Made by a program: the position numbers and the translations under genes. This document shows positions 44,635 through 57,622 of a stretch of 64,000 bases of DNA, one piece after another; the first letter of the stretch is position 1, and every line of letters begins with the position of its first letter. Source of the stretch: Opitutales bacterium (lineage in GTDB: Bacteria > Verrucomicrobiota > Verrucomicrobiia > Opitutales > UBA2987); contig CBDDEL010000010.1 of the NCBI GenBank assembly GCA_965226885.1, positions 128,001-192,000 on the forward strand, read 5' to 3'. The notes below the pieces were generated by a model, which saw only the letters and a list, made by a program, of their open reading frames with translations, made no database searches and was not told the origin of the DNA.

Positions 44635-46201
44635 CCCGGATATTTCGTAAAAAAAGTATCGTTGATATGCTTAACTGCTGATATACAGCAGGATAGATCA
44701 ATAATTAAAGCAATATCAGCGATGACAAAAGGTAAACAATTAAAGCTACAGTTGACAAGGGTAAAAGGCCGCCGTGTGCGGGTTGATTTCAAGGGCGGAG
44801 AGGTTACTTCGGATGCCGGACTGCTTTTGATCCGGGAAGTGGATCGGCAGTTGGGCTTGACCGAACGAGCGGCCCGACAGTTAGTGGACAAACGGCAGAA
44901 GGGCAAAGTACGCCATGAGGTATTGGGGATGCTGCGGCAGCGCGTTTACGGGCTGGTGGCGGGCTATGAGGATTTGAACGACTTTGATACCCTGCGCCAC
45001 GATCCATTGTTGCAAACGGTAACGGGGCGCATTGAAACGTTGGCCAGCGCGCCGACTTTGTGTCGTTTTGAAAACGGGCAGGATCGGCGGGCGGCCTTTG
45101 CGGTAAACGAGCTGTTGGTCGAACAGTTCATGGGCTCCTTTGCCGAGGAACCCGAAGAGATCATCCTGGACTTTGACGCCACCGACAATCCGGTGCACGG
45201 GCTCCAGGAGGGACGTTTTTTCCACGGTTATTATGATCATTACTGTTTTCTGCCGCTATATGTTTTTTGCGGTGATCAGCTGCTGGTGGCCTACCTGCGG
45301 CCGAGCAAGATCGATGCCAGCAAGCATGCCGGGGCCATCCTCAAATTGCTGGTTAAACGGATTCGCCAAAGCTGGCCCCGTACGCGGATTATTTGGCGCG
45401 CCGACAGTGGATTTTGTCGAGACCGGATACTCTCTTGGTGCGACCGCAACGAAGTTAGTTACATCGTGGGGATGGCTCGCAATGCACGCTTGCAGCAAGA
45501 CGCCCAGCAGTTGCAAAAGCAGGCCAAAGAATGGTTCGAACTAAGGGGTAAAAAACAACGGTTATTCCAGGACTTCGTCTATGCTGCCGATTCGTGGCGC
45601 TGGCTGCGGTTGGTCATCCATAAAGCCGAACACACCGCACAGGGGTCCAACCCGCGCTTCGTGGTGACGAACCTGCCGGGCGATCCCCAGGAGCTTTACG
45701 ACAAGGTATACTGTGGCCGCGGTGAAATGGAGAACCGAATCAAGGAACAGATGCAATTGTTCAGCGAGCGCACCAGCGCCCATCAATGGTGGGCCAATCA
45801 GTGGCGATTGCTCTTGTCGGCGCTGGCCTACACCTTGATGGAAGCCATGCGCCGGTTAGCCTTAAAAGGGACGAAGTGGGCGCGGGCCCAATGCCACACC
45901 CTGCGGCTCAAATTAATCAAGATCGGAGCGGTCATCGTGCGCAACACCCGAACGATTCACTTTCACCTAAGTGAGAGTTATCCTTGGGCCAGTCTTTTCA
46001 ACCATGCGGCCCGCCGATTGGTGCCAACCTAAAGGGTGCATTGGTGCTGCCCCCGGCACTACCGAACCAATGGGGGAAAGGGGGCAGTGTCTCTACACCC
46101 TGAAAAACACCTAAAAATCAAGACGATCTGCTCAAAATACAAAGAAATCCATCTCCAATAGCAATAACGAGCCAAACTTTACCCTTCATGAAATATCCGG
46201 G
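44635..46201 (+). mobile_element. IS1380 type B, intact (transposase 44722-46032)
   Basis: CCCGGATATTTC...GAAATATCCGGG; TSDAGLL, LDFDATD, RADSGF and YCGRGEMENRIKE. Confidence 0.95.
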
Positions 46202-46648
46202 CTAAGGAGATACCTTAAATCGCTTGGCTATTCCCCAAATATTGCTGAAAAGCAATTGCTATCCCCCCTTGAACAGGCGTTTGAAACTATCCAAACCAAA
46301 AACGTCATTCAATACGATGGCCCCTTGGCCGGATATTTCCCCGGACCTTTGAAAGTCGGTGGCGGTAGGGTTCTTGTGACCAGTGGCCCGCAATTGATTG
46401 AAGCAAAACCCGGTGATTTCCCTTTGCTTGCGGGCATTTTGGAAAAAATGTTTTATAATCCAGAATCCGGTTTAGATCAAAGGCCTTATTTGTTTGGCTG
46501 GTTGAAAATTGCAATTGCCATTGAAGCATTAAATTTAGGAAACTTTAAACCAGGCCAGGCATTGACTATTGCAGGCCCACGGGATTCGGGAAAATCGCTG
46601 TTTCAAAATCTTGTAACCCTCATTTTAGGCGGGAGGGTGGCCAATGCC
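46202..46648 (+). pseudogene. Phage-type primase/helicase fragment
   Basis: QRPYLFGWL, PGQALTIAGPRDSGKS Walker A. Cut by IS on both sides. Confidence 0.7.
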
Positions 46649-46705
46649 GGTAGTGTATAAAAAAAGAATGTTATTTTGTATTTTTAGCTGTACAAATAGC
46701 GTTAG
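46649..46705 (+). mobile_element. IS1 type A left-end stub
   Basis: Matches the first 57 bp of IS1 type A and ends at TTAG. Confidence 0.85.
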
Positions 46706-46779
46706 CCCGGATATATTGAAGAAGAACCCAATGCAGTTACCGAACCAATCCAGGAAGTTTGCAGATTTTAGGGGGTGCG

Positions 46780-46892
46780 ACCGCCAAGCAACCAAGGTCT
46801 TTTTAGTTTCTATGAAATATCAAACATACATTAAGGGGGTTATTAGCCCTGAAACTTCCCAAATACTAAAAAGACCTTGGCGGCTTGGCGGT
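46780..46892. repeat. 28-bp inverted repeat (2 mismatches) with CCAAG sub-repeats
   Basis: ACCGCCAAGCAACCAAGGTCTTTTTAGT ... ACTAAAAAGACCTTGGCGGCTTGGCGGT. Confidence 0.8.
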
Positions 46893-46928
46893 AATTTGGT
46901 TGATTTTTGAGAATATGCCCTTTATCAA

Positions 46929-47141
46929 GTGTTTCCCCTTAGAAACCTCATGATGGTCGAGATCGCCCTTGTTATTATATTTGCCCTTTTAATATTGGGT
47001 ATGCTTCCCGCCATTGTGTTATGCCTTGTGTCATTTGTCGTTGTTGTAATTCAAATGGCTGGAATTATTCTTATTTCAATTGGCAAAATACTGAAATTCT
47101 TGTTTTCACCATTCCTGCGGTTGGGATTTTTTTGGCGCTGA
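46929..47141 (+). CDS. Small hydrophobic membrane protein
   Basis: 70-aa hydrophobic ORF. Confidence 0.4.
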   Translation: MFPLRNLMMVEIALVIIFALLILGMLPAIVLCLVSFVVVVIQMAGIILISIGKILKFLFSPFLRLGFFWR

Positions 47142-47226
47142 GGTAAAGAATCAGGCCGCTTTCCACTCAAAAGGCCGACTATTGGTTAATCCATTCAGAC
47201 CGCCCAATCCCTTCAAGGAAATATCT

Positions 47227-49221
47227 ATGAAAATCCTTATTAATGTAATCTTGATGTTATTTTTCTTTCATTCTGGGCTTTGTGATCCTCAGCCCATTGG
47301 ATATGACCCAACCTTGTTCACTTTAAGTAACAAGACTCAATCTCCAGCATATGAAAGAAAAAACAATATTTTTTATTTCAACAAATTCAATCTTGACGTG
47401 TACTGGATTTGTTGGACACGGGATTCTCTTATATTCATTGTTTATTGATTAGTGTGTCAGGCGGCTTGTTTTGGTAAAGGGTTTTGTTTTCTCGTTGCCC
47501 CCCATGGGGGGCAAATATTTTCCTCGAATTGGACTGGGCTTTGGTAACTCAGAGAGGAATGTTTGCGATATCGGTTGTAGAAGATTTCCACGTATTCGAA
47601 GACAGTTGATCGCAGTTCGCGCTCGTCGGCAAAGTGGCGGCCTCGAATCGTGCTGGTCTTGAAGCGGCCGTAGAACGATTCCATGGCCGCGTTGTCGTAG
47701 CAGTTGCCTTGGGCGCTCATGCTCGGCTTCATGCCTAGTTCAGAGACCAGCCTCTGATAGTCGTCGCTGGCGTAGGGGCTGCCCCGATCGCTGTGATGAA
47801 TAATCCCGGTGCGCAGTGTGCCGCGGGTCATGGCCGCGGCTTTGAGGGCCTTGCCAACCAGCTTCGCGTCGTTGTGGTTGGAAACGCTCCAGCCCAGCAG
47901 GCGTCGGCTGAACAGGTCCATCACCGTGGCCAAGTACATCCACCCGGCCAGGGTCCGTAGGTAGGTCGTGTCCGCCACCCAGACCTCGTCGATATGGGTC
48001 GGCTGGCCATGCTTTTTAAGCACATTGGGGCTGTAACCATAGGGATGGTTACTGTTGGTTTTTAATGGCTTAAAGCGTTTACTCTGGGTGCTTTTGATTC
48101 CCATTTCACGCATCAGACGCAGAGCCCGGTCACGGCCGCAATCGATGCCCTCATCATCCTTCAGATGGCGGTGCATTGGCCGATGCCCATAGCGGCCCTT
48201 GGCCTCTTTGTGTACCTTCAGGATCGCCCCCTTGATTCCCTCGTCCTCGATCCGCCGGGCCGAGGGCGCTCGGGGCCTCCAGCAGTAATAGCCACTGCGA
48301 CAAATCCCCATCGCCGAGCATATTTCCTCGATCTTGAAGCGCCCCTCGTTGTCTTTGACAAACTGGTACTTCACTGTTCGTCCTTGGCAAAGTAGCCCAC
48401 CGTTTTTTTTAGTATCTGGTTGATCCGCTCCGAGCGGCGCAGCTCTTTGCGAAGACGATCTATCTCGGCCGCCATCTCCTTCGGACTGCTCTGTCGCTTT
48501 GAGGTGGCTTCGCCCTGCTGATCGTCCAGATAGAGCCTCTTCCACCTATACAATTGGTTGGTGTTGACCCCAAGTTTGGTCGATACCTCGGTGGCGCTCA
48601 GACCATCGAGTATCATCAGTTGAACTGCCTCATTTTTGAACTCTATACTAAAGCGTCTTCTTCCCATGCTTCGATTCTCCATTTAGGAGAATCTCGTGTC
48701 CACTTTTTCCAGTGCACATCAATCTTGCTGATTATGACAATGCTGGTTACGAAGAAATCAAAAAACTTTCACTGTACCAGATGCGCATCGTTATTGCATA
48801 TAGAGAAGGGAAAGCAAAAGATGAAAAAATTAAAGCCGAAAGGGTTCAATTAATTACTACTTTATATACCCTGAACCCTGATAAATATCCGTTGAAGTGG
48901 CTCAATGAATTATCTACGGCCCAGGTTAAGGGAATGTATGAAGCAGAAAAAATTCGGGGATTTCCTCAGCCCAAAAAGAAAGCAATATTGCCGCAACCCA
49001 ATGAAAAGGAAAATACACAAGTTAACTTTAACAACCTTTTCAAACCTTTATCGGGCTACAGTGTCGGCCCGATTTCTTTGGATGATTTAATGTCGCCAAA
49101 AACTCAGCAAAAAACCGGGGTTAATAAGCTGACCGCTTTAGAAAAGGTGTATTTGGAAAGTTGGGTAAGAAATGCAATGATAGGTGCGGTGAAGGAAACA
49201 GAGAAAAGATTACAAAAATAA
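47227..49221 (+). pseudogene. Secreted hypothetical protein split by IS3
   Basis: Signal-like MKILINVILMLFFFHSGLC. Rejoins in frame as NKFN|LADYDN after removing the IS and one ATCT. Confidence 0.7.
47394..48721 (-). mobile_element. IS3 type A copy 3
   Basis: 4-bp TSD ATCT. Confidence 0.93.
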
Positions 49222-49455
49222 TATTTCTTCAATTTCACTGTTCAATATATTCACACGGTTCTGGGTATAAAATGTTAAAAAGAAGCGTTTGCCCTGAATC
49301 CCTTGTGAAGCCAATTTTCTCAATAATGGGCGCAGGCCATTGCCATTGCTTATGAAGCTTATGCAATGGTTTTGCCCTTGGGCCGTTCCTGCCAGGAGGC
49401 GGCCCTTTTCATTGATGGGGAAGGATATGCACCCGCCTGTTGCCAAGGTGGTAGG

Positions 49456-49811
49456 CTAATTGGCGGAGAGGATCGATTCGTATTTTGGTTTATCTACGAA
49501 GAGCAGGTAGAGATTGAACAGGAAGATAACCAAACCTGGGCCGATGCTGGAAGGGTCAAGGACCAGGTGAAAGAGGATGATATGAACGCTCAGAGGGGCC
49601 AAAAGAACCAGGGCCAGAGCAACCCACCTGCCCGCCAGGAGAGATAGGCCGACGGCAATTTGTAGGCCTCCGATAAGCGGGAAAAAGTAACTGGCATTAT
49701 TGAGAGCGCCGAGCAACGCATAAGCCTCCTCGGACATCTTGCCTTGGGGCATAAACTGGAGAAAAACATTTAAACCAAAAACGAATAACATAAGCCCCAA
49801 GAGCAACCTAG
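49456..49811 (-). pseudogene. DoxX-like membrane protein, 5' end lost at IS1380
   Basis: RLLLGLMLFVFGLN..F and LAPLSVHIILFH. Confidence 0.75.
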
Positions 49812-51379
49812 CCCGGATATTTCGTAAAAAAAGTATCGTTGATATGCTTAACTGCTGATATACAGCAGGATAGATCAATAATTAAAGCAATATCAGCGAT
49901 GACAAAAGGTAAACAATTAAAGCTACAGTTGACAAGGGTAAAAGGCCGCCGTGTGCGGGTTGATTTCAAGGGCGGAGAGGTTACTTCGGATGCCGGACTG
50001 CTTTTGATCCGGGAAGTGGATCGGCAGTTGGGCTTGACCGAACGAGCGGCCCGACAGTTAGTGGACAAACGGCAGAAGGGCAAAGTACGCCATGAGGTCT
50101 TGGGGATGCTGCGGCAGCGCGTTTACGGGCTGGTGGCGGGCTATGAGGATTTGAACGACTTTGATACCCTGCGCCACGATCCATTGTTAGCAAACGGTAA
50201 CGGGGCGCATTGAAACGTTGGCCAGCGCGCCGACTTTGTGTCGTTTTGAAAACGGGCAGGATCGGCGGGCGGCCTTTGCGGTAAACGAGCTGTTGGTCGA
50301 ACAGTTCATGGGCTCCTTTGCCGAGGAACCCGAAGAGATCATCCTGGACTTTGACGGCACCGACAATCCGGTGCACGGGCTCCAGGAGGGACGTTTTTTC
50401 CACGGTTATTATGATCATTACTGTTTTCTGCCGCTATATGTTTTTTGCGGTGATCAGCTGCTGGTGGCCTACCTGCGGCCGAGCAAGATCGATGCCAGCA
50501 AGCATGCCGGGGCCATCCTCAAATTGCTGGTTAAACGGATTCGCCAAAGCTGGCCCCGTACGCGGATTATTTGGCGCGCCGACAGTGGATTTTGTCGAGA
50601 CCGGATACTCTCTTGGTGCGACCGCAACGAAGTTAGTTACATCGTGGGGATGGCTCGCAATGCACGCTTGCAGCAAGACGCCCAGCAGTTGCAAAAGCAG
50701 GCCAAAGAATGGTTCGAACTAAGGGGTAAAAAACAACGGTTATTCCAGGACTTCGTCTATGCTGCCGATTCGTGGCGATGGCTGCGGTTGGTCATCCATA
50801 AAGCCGAACACACCGCACAGGGGTCCAACCCGCGCTTCGTGGTGACGAACCTGCCGGGCGATCCCCAGGAGCTTTACGACAAGGTATACTGTGGCCGCGG
50901 TGAAATGGAGAACCGAATCAAGGAACAGATGCAATTGTTCAGCGAGCGCACCAGCGCCCATCAATGGTGGGCCAATCAGTGGCGATTGCTCTTGTCGGCG
51001 CTGGCCTACACCTTGATGGAAGCCATGCGCCGGTTAGCCTTAAAAGGGACGAAGTGGGCGCGGGCCCAATGCCACACCCTGCGGCTCAAATTAATCAAGA
51101 TCGGAGCGGTCATCGTGCGCAACACCCGAACGATTCACTTTCACCTAAGTGAGAGTTATCCTTGGGCCAGTCTTTTCAACCATGCGGCCCGCCGATTGGT
51201 GCCAACCTAAAGGGTGCATTGGTGCTGCCCCCGGCACTACCGAACCAATGGGGGAAAGGGGGCAGTGTCTCTACACCCTGAAAAACACCTAAAAATCAAG
51301 ACGATCTGCTCAAAATACAAAGAAATCCATCTCCAATAGCAATAACGAGCCAAACTTTACCCTTCATGAAATATCCGGG
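49812..51379 (+). mobile_element. IS1380 type B (+1 frameshift near 50189)
   Basis: Both IRs present; one extra A relative to the intact copy. Confidence 0.93.
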
Positions 51380-51600
51380 CTAACTTCGTTGCGGTCGCAC
51401 CAAGAGAGTATCCGGTCTCGACAAAATCCACTGTCGGCGCGCCAGATAATCCGCGTACGGGGCCAGCTTTGGCGAATCCGTTTAACCAGCAATTTGAGGA
51501 TGGCCCCGGCATGCTTGCTGGCATCGATCTTGCTCGGCCGCAGGTAGGCCACCAGCAGCTGATCACCGCAAAAAACATATAGCGGCAGAACGCAAAAAAC

Positions 51601-52402
51601 GGTAGTGTATTAAGTAGGAATGGTGGCTAATTCTTGATTATATTGATGAATGAAAAGTCTCAGACAGGTTTCATGCATACTCTTAAGCTTGGAAAAGGAG
51701 AGGGTTTTGCGTGTGAAACGACCCAGTCGTTGGCGCAGGGTATTGTTCCATCGTTCCACATGGGCCGTTTCACCGGTTTCTTTTCCCACGGATCGGTTAT
51801 GAGGAAAGACTTCATCATAAGTGCTCCAAAAGTCGCTGTAGGTGGCACATCTTTTGTAGGCCCGTGGCAGACGCTCGTAAAGTTCCCGGCAACGATACCA
51901 ATCCCGAGGCCCAATGGCATAGGAGAGGATTTGACGGGTGCGTCGGCAAAGAGCGATCCAAACCCATTGGGCATCGCTCTTGCGCCCCACAAAAGACCAC
52001 AGTTCGTCCAGTTCAATGACATCATGGCGGCGGGCCGCAAGAATCGTGCTTTTGAGCGGTCGCAGCGATTGTCGTTTTTTTTAACCAACTCAAAACGGTG
52101 TTGGGACTCACCCCGAAGGCGCGCTGTAAACCGCGTAGACTGCTGCGTTCCTGATAGACTCGAAGGATCATTTCTTTTTGCTCTTCGGTGTATTTCACTG
52201 TGGGGTTTTCGCGGCTTTGTTTACCACAATCATGGCAGCGGTAGCGCTGTTTATGGTTGGGCGTCTTGCCAAATTTAATGATATTTTCACTTCCACAGTG
52301 CCGACAATTAATAATTTTAGTAACCATGCACTAAGAATAAACTGCCTAACGCTATTTGTACAGCTAAAAATACAAAATAACATTCTTTTTTTATACACTA
52401 CC
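51601..52402 (-). mobile_element. IS1 type A
   Basis: Both ends present. No TSD. Confidence 0.93.
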
Positions 52403-55400
52403 CGCCCTTCGGTGCTGGCCCGGCGCTTTTGCAATTGTCTGAACAGTGGTTCCTCCATCCGTTTTTTCAACTGCTTCGGATCGCGTGGACAGAGCGCGTC
52501 GTAGATTCCCTCCTGGGCTAACTGCCGGCGGGCCCGCTGGGAGGCAAATCCCCGGTCCGCGCACATGGCCGCTATGGGTTCTTCCAGGTTGAAGCGGTTC
52601 TGTCTTTGCAAACTCTCTTGCATTTGTTCATTTTCGCTTGGAGTTCGGCTGCCGTAGAGTTTCCAGTCCAGCAGGTACCCTTCAACGCTTTCTCCCAAAA
52701 ACAGGGTGTTGCCGAACTCGACCTCTTGGCCCGCTTTACCTCGCACAATCACCTGCCCATCGAGTTCGTAAACACTCAAGACTTTCTCTGCGTTTTTCAC
52801 CTGGCGGCCGCCAATGATCCGCTCGTGTGCCTGTTTGATGACCACCGGGATTTGCTCGCTCATGCGCTCCATCCGGGCGAGGATCTGTTGGACCTGTTTT
52901 TCGCTGTAATCGCTTTGCTCCCAGCAGGCTTGCAATAATTCCCGGTGACTGCGGGCATGCTCCCCGATCCGTTTGAGCAGCTTTTTCATCTGCCTCAAGA
53001 TACCCTTGCGCTGCCGCGCGCTGTCCTTTCGCCGCCGGCTGTGGGTCATCTGTATGCACAGCCGATTCATCTGCCGAGCCAAGGGCTCCGGTTCGATCGG
53101 CATGCGATGGCGCACACCGGCCTTCTCGCGGATCAGCCGGATCGCTTTGAGCAACGTGCCGGCTACATCCTTGAGTAATACCCAGTCCGTCGGCCAATGA
53201 ATGTTAGCCTCCAAACAGGTGCCGTCGATCAGGCAAATGGTGGGGTCAATCGGCTTGTCCAATCCCACCTGCCGGGCCAGAAGGGCATCGCCCACCACCT
53301 CAGTCAAGGTCCGGTGCAAGGCCCTCAACTGCTCTTCGCTGAAAAACTTCGAGGCCCGCTCCAGGGTGCTTTTGGAGATGCCCCTGATGCCATCGATCTG
53401 CCGGACACGGCAAAAGTCGGCCAACAGATCGCTGCTGCCCAGAGCCCGCGACAAATGCCGAAACGAAATCCCTCCGAGCAGACGGCCCAGCGTATCCATG
53501 CGCAGTGCCTTGATGGCAAAACTGGCCCGCTGCCGCCGGGCCTTTAGACCCATTGGCGGCCACCCCTCCAAGGCCAGCTCAATGGCCTGCGATTCCACCT
53601 CCGAGTCGATCAGCAGCCGATCGATTCGATCAATGGTGGCGCGGAAGTTATCGTAATCGAGGCACCGTGTAAACGCCGGGGAAAAACCGGTACGGTAAAG
53701 AGGGCGCTTTAAAACCGGTACGCTTATCCTAGAAAGGAGGAGTGTATCGAGATATGAAGCAATGGACAAGAGTGCGGCACAAAGTGCTGCGGGACAAGCA
53801 GAGCAAGCGCTCTGTAATGCGAGAAGAGGGACTGCACTGGGAGACCCTGGGAAAGATGCTGGCCTATTCCCAGCCGCCGGGATACCGGCGCAAGAAGAGG
53901 CGAGAGCGCAAGATCGATCCGTATGTGGGCTGGATCGAGGAGGTGCTCAAAGCGGACCGGAACGTGCCCAAGAAGCAGCGCCATACGGCCAAACGGATCT
54001 ACCAGCGTTTGGGTCGGGAGAAGGGCTACCAAGGGGGCTACACGGCGGTCAAGGAGGTGGTGGCCGAGCTGCGAGCGAGGCGGCGGGAAGTGTTCGTGCC
54101 GCTGGAGCACCGCCCCGGGGAGGGACAGGTGGACTTCGGTCATGCCCTGGTGAAGGAGGCGGGGCAATTGCGTAGGCGGCCATTTTTTGCCATGAGCCTG
54201 CCCTACAGCGATGCCTTTTTCGTGCAGGTGTTCGAACGGGAGTGCACGGAGAGCTTCTGGGAGGGGCACCTGCGAGCTTTTGAGTTTTTCGGGGCGGTGC
54301 CCCGGCGCATCAGCTATGACAACTCGAAGGTGGCGGTGGGTAAGATTATCGGTTCGCGTGAACGCAAGCTGACCGACGGGTTTCTGCAGCTACAGAGCCA
54401 TTACCTGTTCGAGGAACACTTCTGTCTGCCCGCCCGGCCCAACGAGAAGGGCGTGGTCGAGGGGATCGTGCGTTATGCCCGGGCCAACTTCCTGGTACCG
54501 GTACCGCAGGTTCGGGACCTGGAGGAACTCAACGCAAAGCTGTTGGAGGCATGTGAGCGGGACATGGAGCGTAAATTACGCGGGAAAAGGGCGGTGAAAA
54601 AGGAACTGCTGGCCGAGGAGCGCGCCGTCATGCTGGCGTTGCCGCCCATACCCTTTGAAGCGAGCCGCAAACGCTCGACCTGCGTCAGCAGCCTCTCGCT
54701 GGTGCGCTTCGAGTGCAACGACTATTCGGTGCCGGTGCGCTGCGCCCACCATCCGGTGGTGGTGGAAGGGTCCTGTCGGCAGGTGGTGATCTTCTGTGGG
54801 GGCCAAGAGGTGGCCCGGCACCGCCGCATTTGGGATAAAGAGCAAGTCTCTTTCGAGCCGGTGCACTACCTGGCTTTGCTGGAGAAAAAACCGGGCGCTT
54901 TGGACTTCGCCCGCCCACTCTCGGGCTGGCAGTTGCCGCAGTGCCTGCAGGTCCTCAGACGCCGGCTCGAAAGCCAATGCGGGGGCGAAGGCACCCGGGA
55001 GTATATCCGGGTGCTGCGGCTGTTGGAGAAACACCCCATGGCGGCCTTGCAGCAGGCCGTCGTCTCGGCCCTGCGGGTGGGGGGACTGACTCGTGAGGCC
55101 ATCGCCCAGTATCTCTATCCTCAGGAAGACTACGGGAGCAGAACCTTCCGGCTGGACGGCCATCCACACCTGCGTCACGTCCGTGTGGCCGCCCCTGACC
55201 TCGGTGCCTACAGCGAACTGCTCAAGATTCCAGGAGGGGCTTTATGAAGGAAGAAAAAAACCAGCTGCTGTTACACCATCACCTCAAGAAACTGAAGTTG
55301 CCCACCATCCTGCGCGAATGGCCGGCGGTGGCCGCGGCTTGTTCCCGGGACCGGCTCGATTACGCCGCCTTTTTGTTGCATCTGGTCGAACGGGAGCTCA

Positions 55401-56391
55401 TTGAACGCGAACAGCGGGCCGCCCAGCGGCGGATCAAAAACGCCCGTTTCCCCGTGCTCAAGACCCTCGAGAGCTTCGCCTTTGAAGCGCAGCCCTCGCT
55501 CAACGAAGCGCTCATCCGAGAGCTCATGCGCGGGGAGTATGTCGACCAGCGCGAAAACGTGCTGCTCCTCGGTAACGCCGGTACCGGTAAAACGCACCTG
55601 GCCACCGCCCTGGGCTTTGCCGCCTGTGCCCAGGGCCGGCGGATCCGTTTCTTCGGGGTCACCGCCCTGGTTACCCATATGCTCGAGCAACGCGACAACC
55701 ACGACCTGCAGCGCTTCATGAAGCAACTCGAAAGGCTCGACCTACTCATCCTCGACGAACTCGGTTACGTCCCTTTTTCCAAGACCGGTTCCGAACTGCT
55801 CTTCGACGTGGTCAGCCGCGCTTACGAGCGCACCAGTCTCATCGTCACCACCAACCTGCCCTTTGAGAACTGGATCGAAGTGCTCGGTTCCGAACGGCTC
55901 ACCGGAGCTCTGCTGGACCGACTCACCCATCGGGTGCATATCCTCGAAGCCAACGGGCAAAGCTACCGCTTGCGCGATGCTCGACGCCGTCGCCGTGGCA
56001 CAAAACAATAAACGCCTTGGGCCCGGCTCGTCGGCCTCCGGCCTCCTCACCGACCCCAAGCCAATCCCCAAAACCAACTCCCAAACCCTAAACCTTGACG
56101 TACCTGCAATTACTAACCTAAACCTTATTCCAAGCGTACCGGTTTTACCCCGACCCCCGTACCGGTTTCATCCCGGCGTTTACAGCACCGGTCGACCACA
56201 GTTAAAGCTGGACGCAGGAGGCATTGGATGGCTATATTTTTCATAGAACATAGAAAGGGCTATATTGATTTTCGCTAACTCAATTATAGAACCCTTTTTT
56301 GGCCGGATCGAGCAAAAACTTGCTCTTTCCGGCTCTTTTTATCAACGTCATCCAGTTGACTATAAAATCTTTATATTTTTGGGACAGCCTC
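52403..56391 (-). mobile_element. IS5-like copy 2, interrupted by IS21 and 3'-truncated by IS1
   Basis: Matches copy 1; left end GGGACAGCCTC at 56391. Confidence 0.9.
53668..56184 (+). mobile_element. IS21 copy 3 (istA 53742-55247, istB 55244-56011)
   Basis: 6-bp TSD GCACCG; both ORFs intact. Confidence 0.95.
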
Positions 56392-56820
56392 TAACTAGAG
56401 GCTGTCCCAAAAGGGTGATTTTTGCGAGGGCTTTTGATAGGCGCTCATTTTAGAGGTATTTGCATTTGGGAGAGTATCAACTTTGCTCTCCTATGACGTT
56501 AGGATACTGGTTTTGGGGTCCGGTTGCCTGGTTTTCTTTGTATGAGCCGACAGTAAGGCTGTGAAAAAGTATTGTCCTTGCTTTTCCGCTCTCTAGGCCG
56601 CCGCTTTGGTTTTTAGTTCGTCTTGCTGGGCCAGCATCTTGGCTACTTTCCATAGGTTGTGCGAGAGTACCGACCAGGCTACGCTGATCGAGCGGTTGGC
56701 AAAGCCTTTGCTGCGCAACCGCCCGGCCTGCCAGCGATTCTTCAATACCCCGATCCGCCCTTCGGTGCTGGCCCGGCGCTTTTGCAATTGTCTGAACAGT
56801 GGTTCCTCCATCCGTTTTTT

Positions 56821-57622
56821 GGTAGTGTATTAAGTAGGAATGGTGGCTAATTCTTGATTATATTGATGAATGAAAAGTCTCAGACAGGTTTCATGCATAC
56901 TCTTAAGCTTGGAAAAGGAGAGGGTTTTGCGTGTGAAACGACCCAGTCGTTGGCGCAGGGTATTGTTCCATCGTTCCACATGGGCCGTTTCACCGGTTTC
57001 TTTTCCCACGGATCGGTTATGAGGAAAGACTTCATCATAAGTGCCCCAAAAGTCGCTGTAGGTGGCACATCTTTTGTAGGCCCGTGGCAGACGCTCGTAA
57101 AGTTCCCGGCAACAATACCAATCCCGAGGCCCAATGGCATAGGAGAGGATTTGACGGGTGCGTCGGCAAAGAGCGATCCAAACCCATTGGGCATCGCTCT
57201 TGCGCCCCACAAAAGACCACAGTTCGTCCAGTTCAATGACATCATGGCGGCGGGCCGCAAGAATCGTGCTTTTGAGCGGTCGCAGCGATTGTCGTTTTTT
57301 TTAACCAACTCAAAACGGTGTTGGGACTCACCCCGAAGGCGCGCTGTAAACCGCGTAGACTGCTGCGTTCCTGATAGACTCGAAGGATCATTTCTTTTTG
57401 CTCTTCGGTGTATTTCACTGTGGGGTTTTCGCGGCTTTGTTTACCACAATCATGGCAGCGGTAGCGCTGTTTATGGTTGGGCGTCTTGCCAAATTTAATG
57501 ATATTTTCACTTCCACAGTGCCGACAATTAATAATTTTAGTAACCATGCACTAAGAATAAACTGCCTAACGCTATTTGTACAGCTAAAAATACAAAATAA
57601 CATTCTTTTTTTATACACTACC
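56821..57622 (-). mobile_element. IS1 type A
   Basis: 8-bp TSD CGTTTTTT. Confidence 0.93.

Noticed and set aside
52195..53769. 524-aa ORF (and the 435-aa ORF at 57415, the 231-aa at 43215 and the 200-aa at 27352) as real fusion proteins
   Set aside because: These are chance read-throughs across IS junctions.
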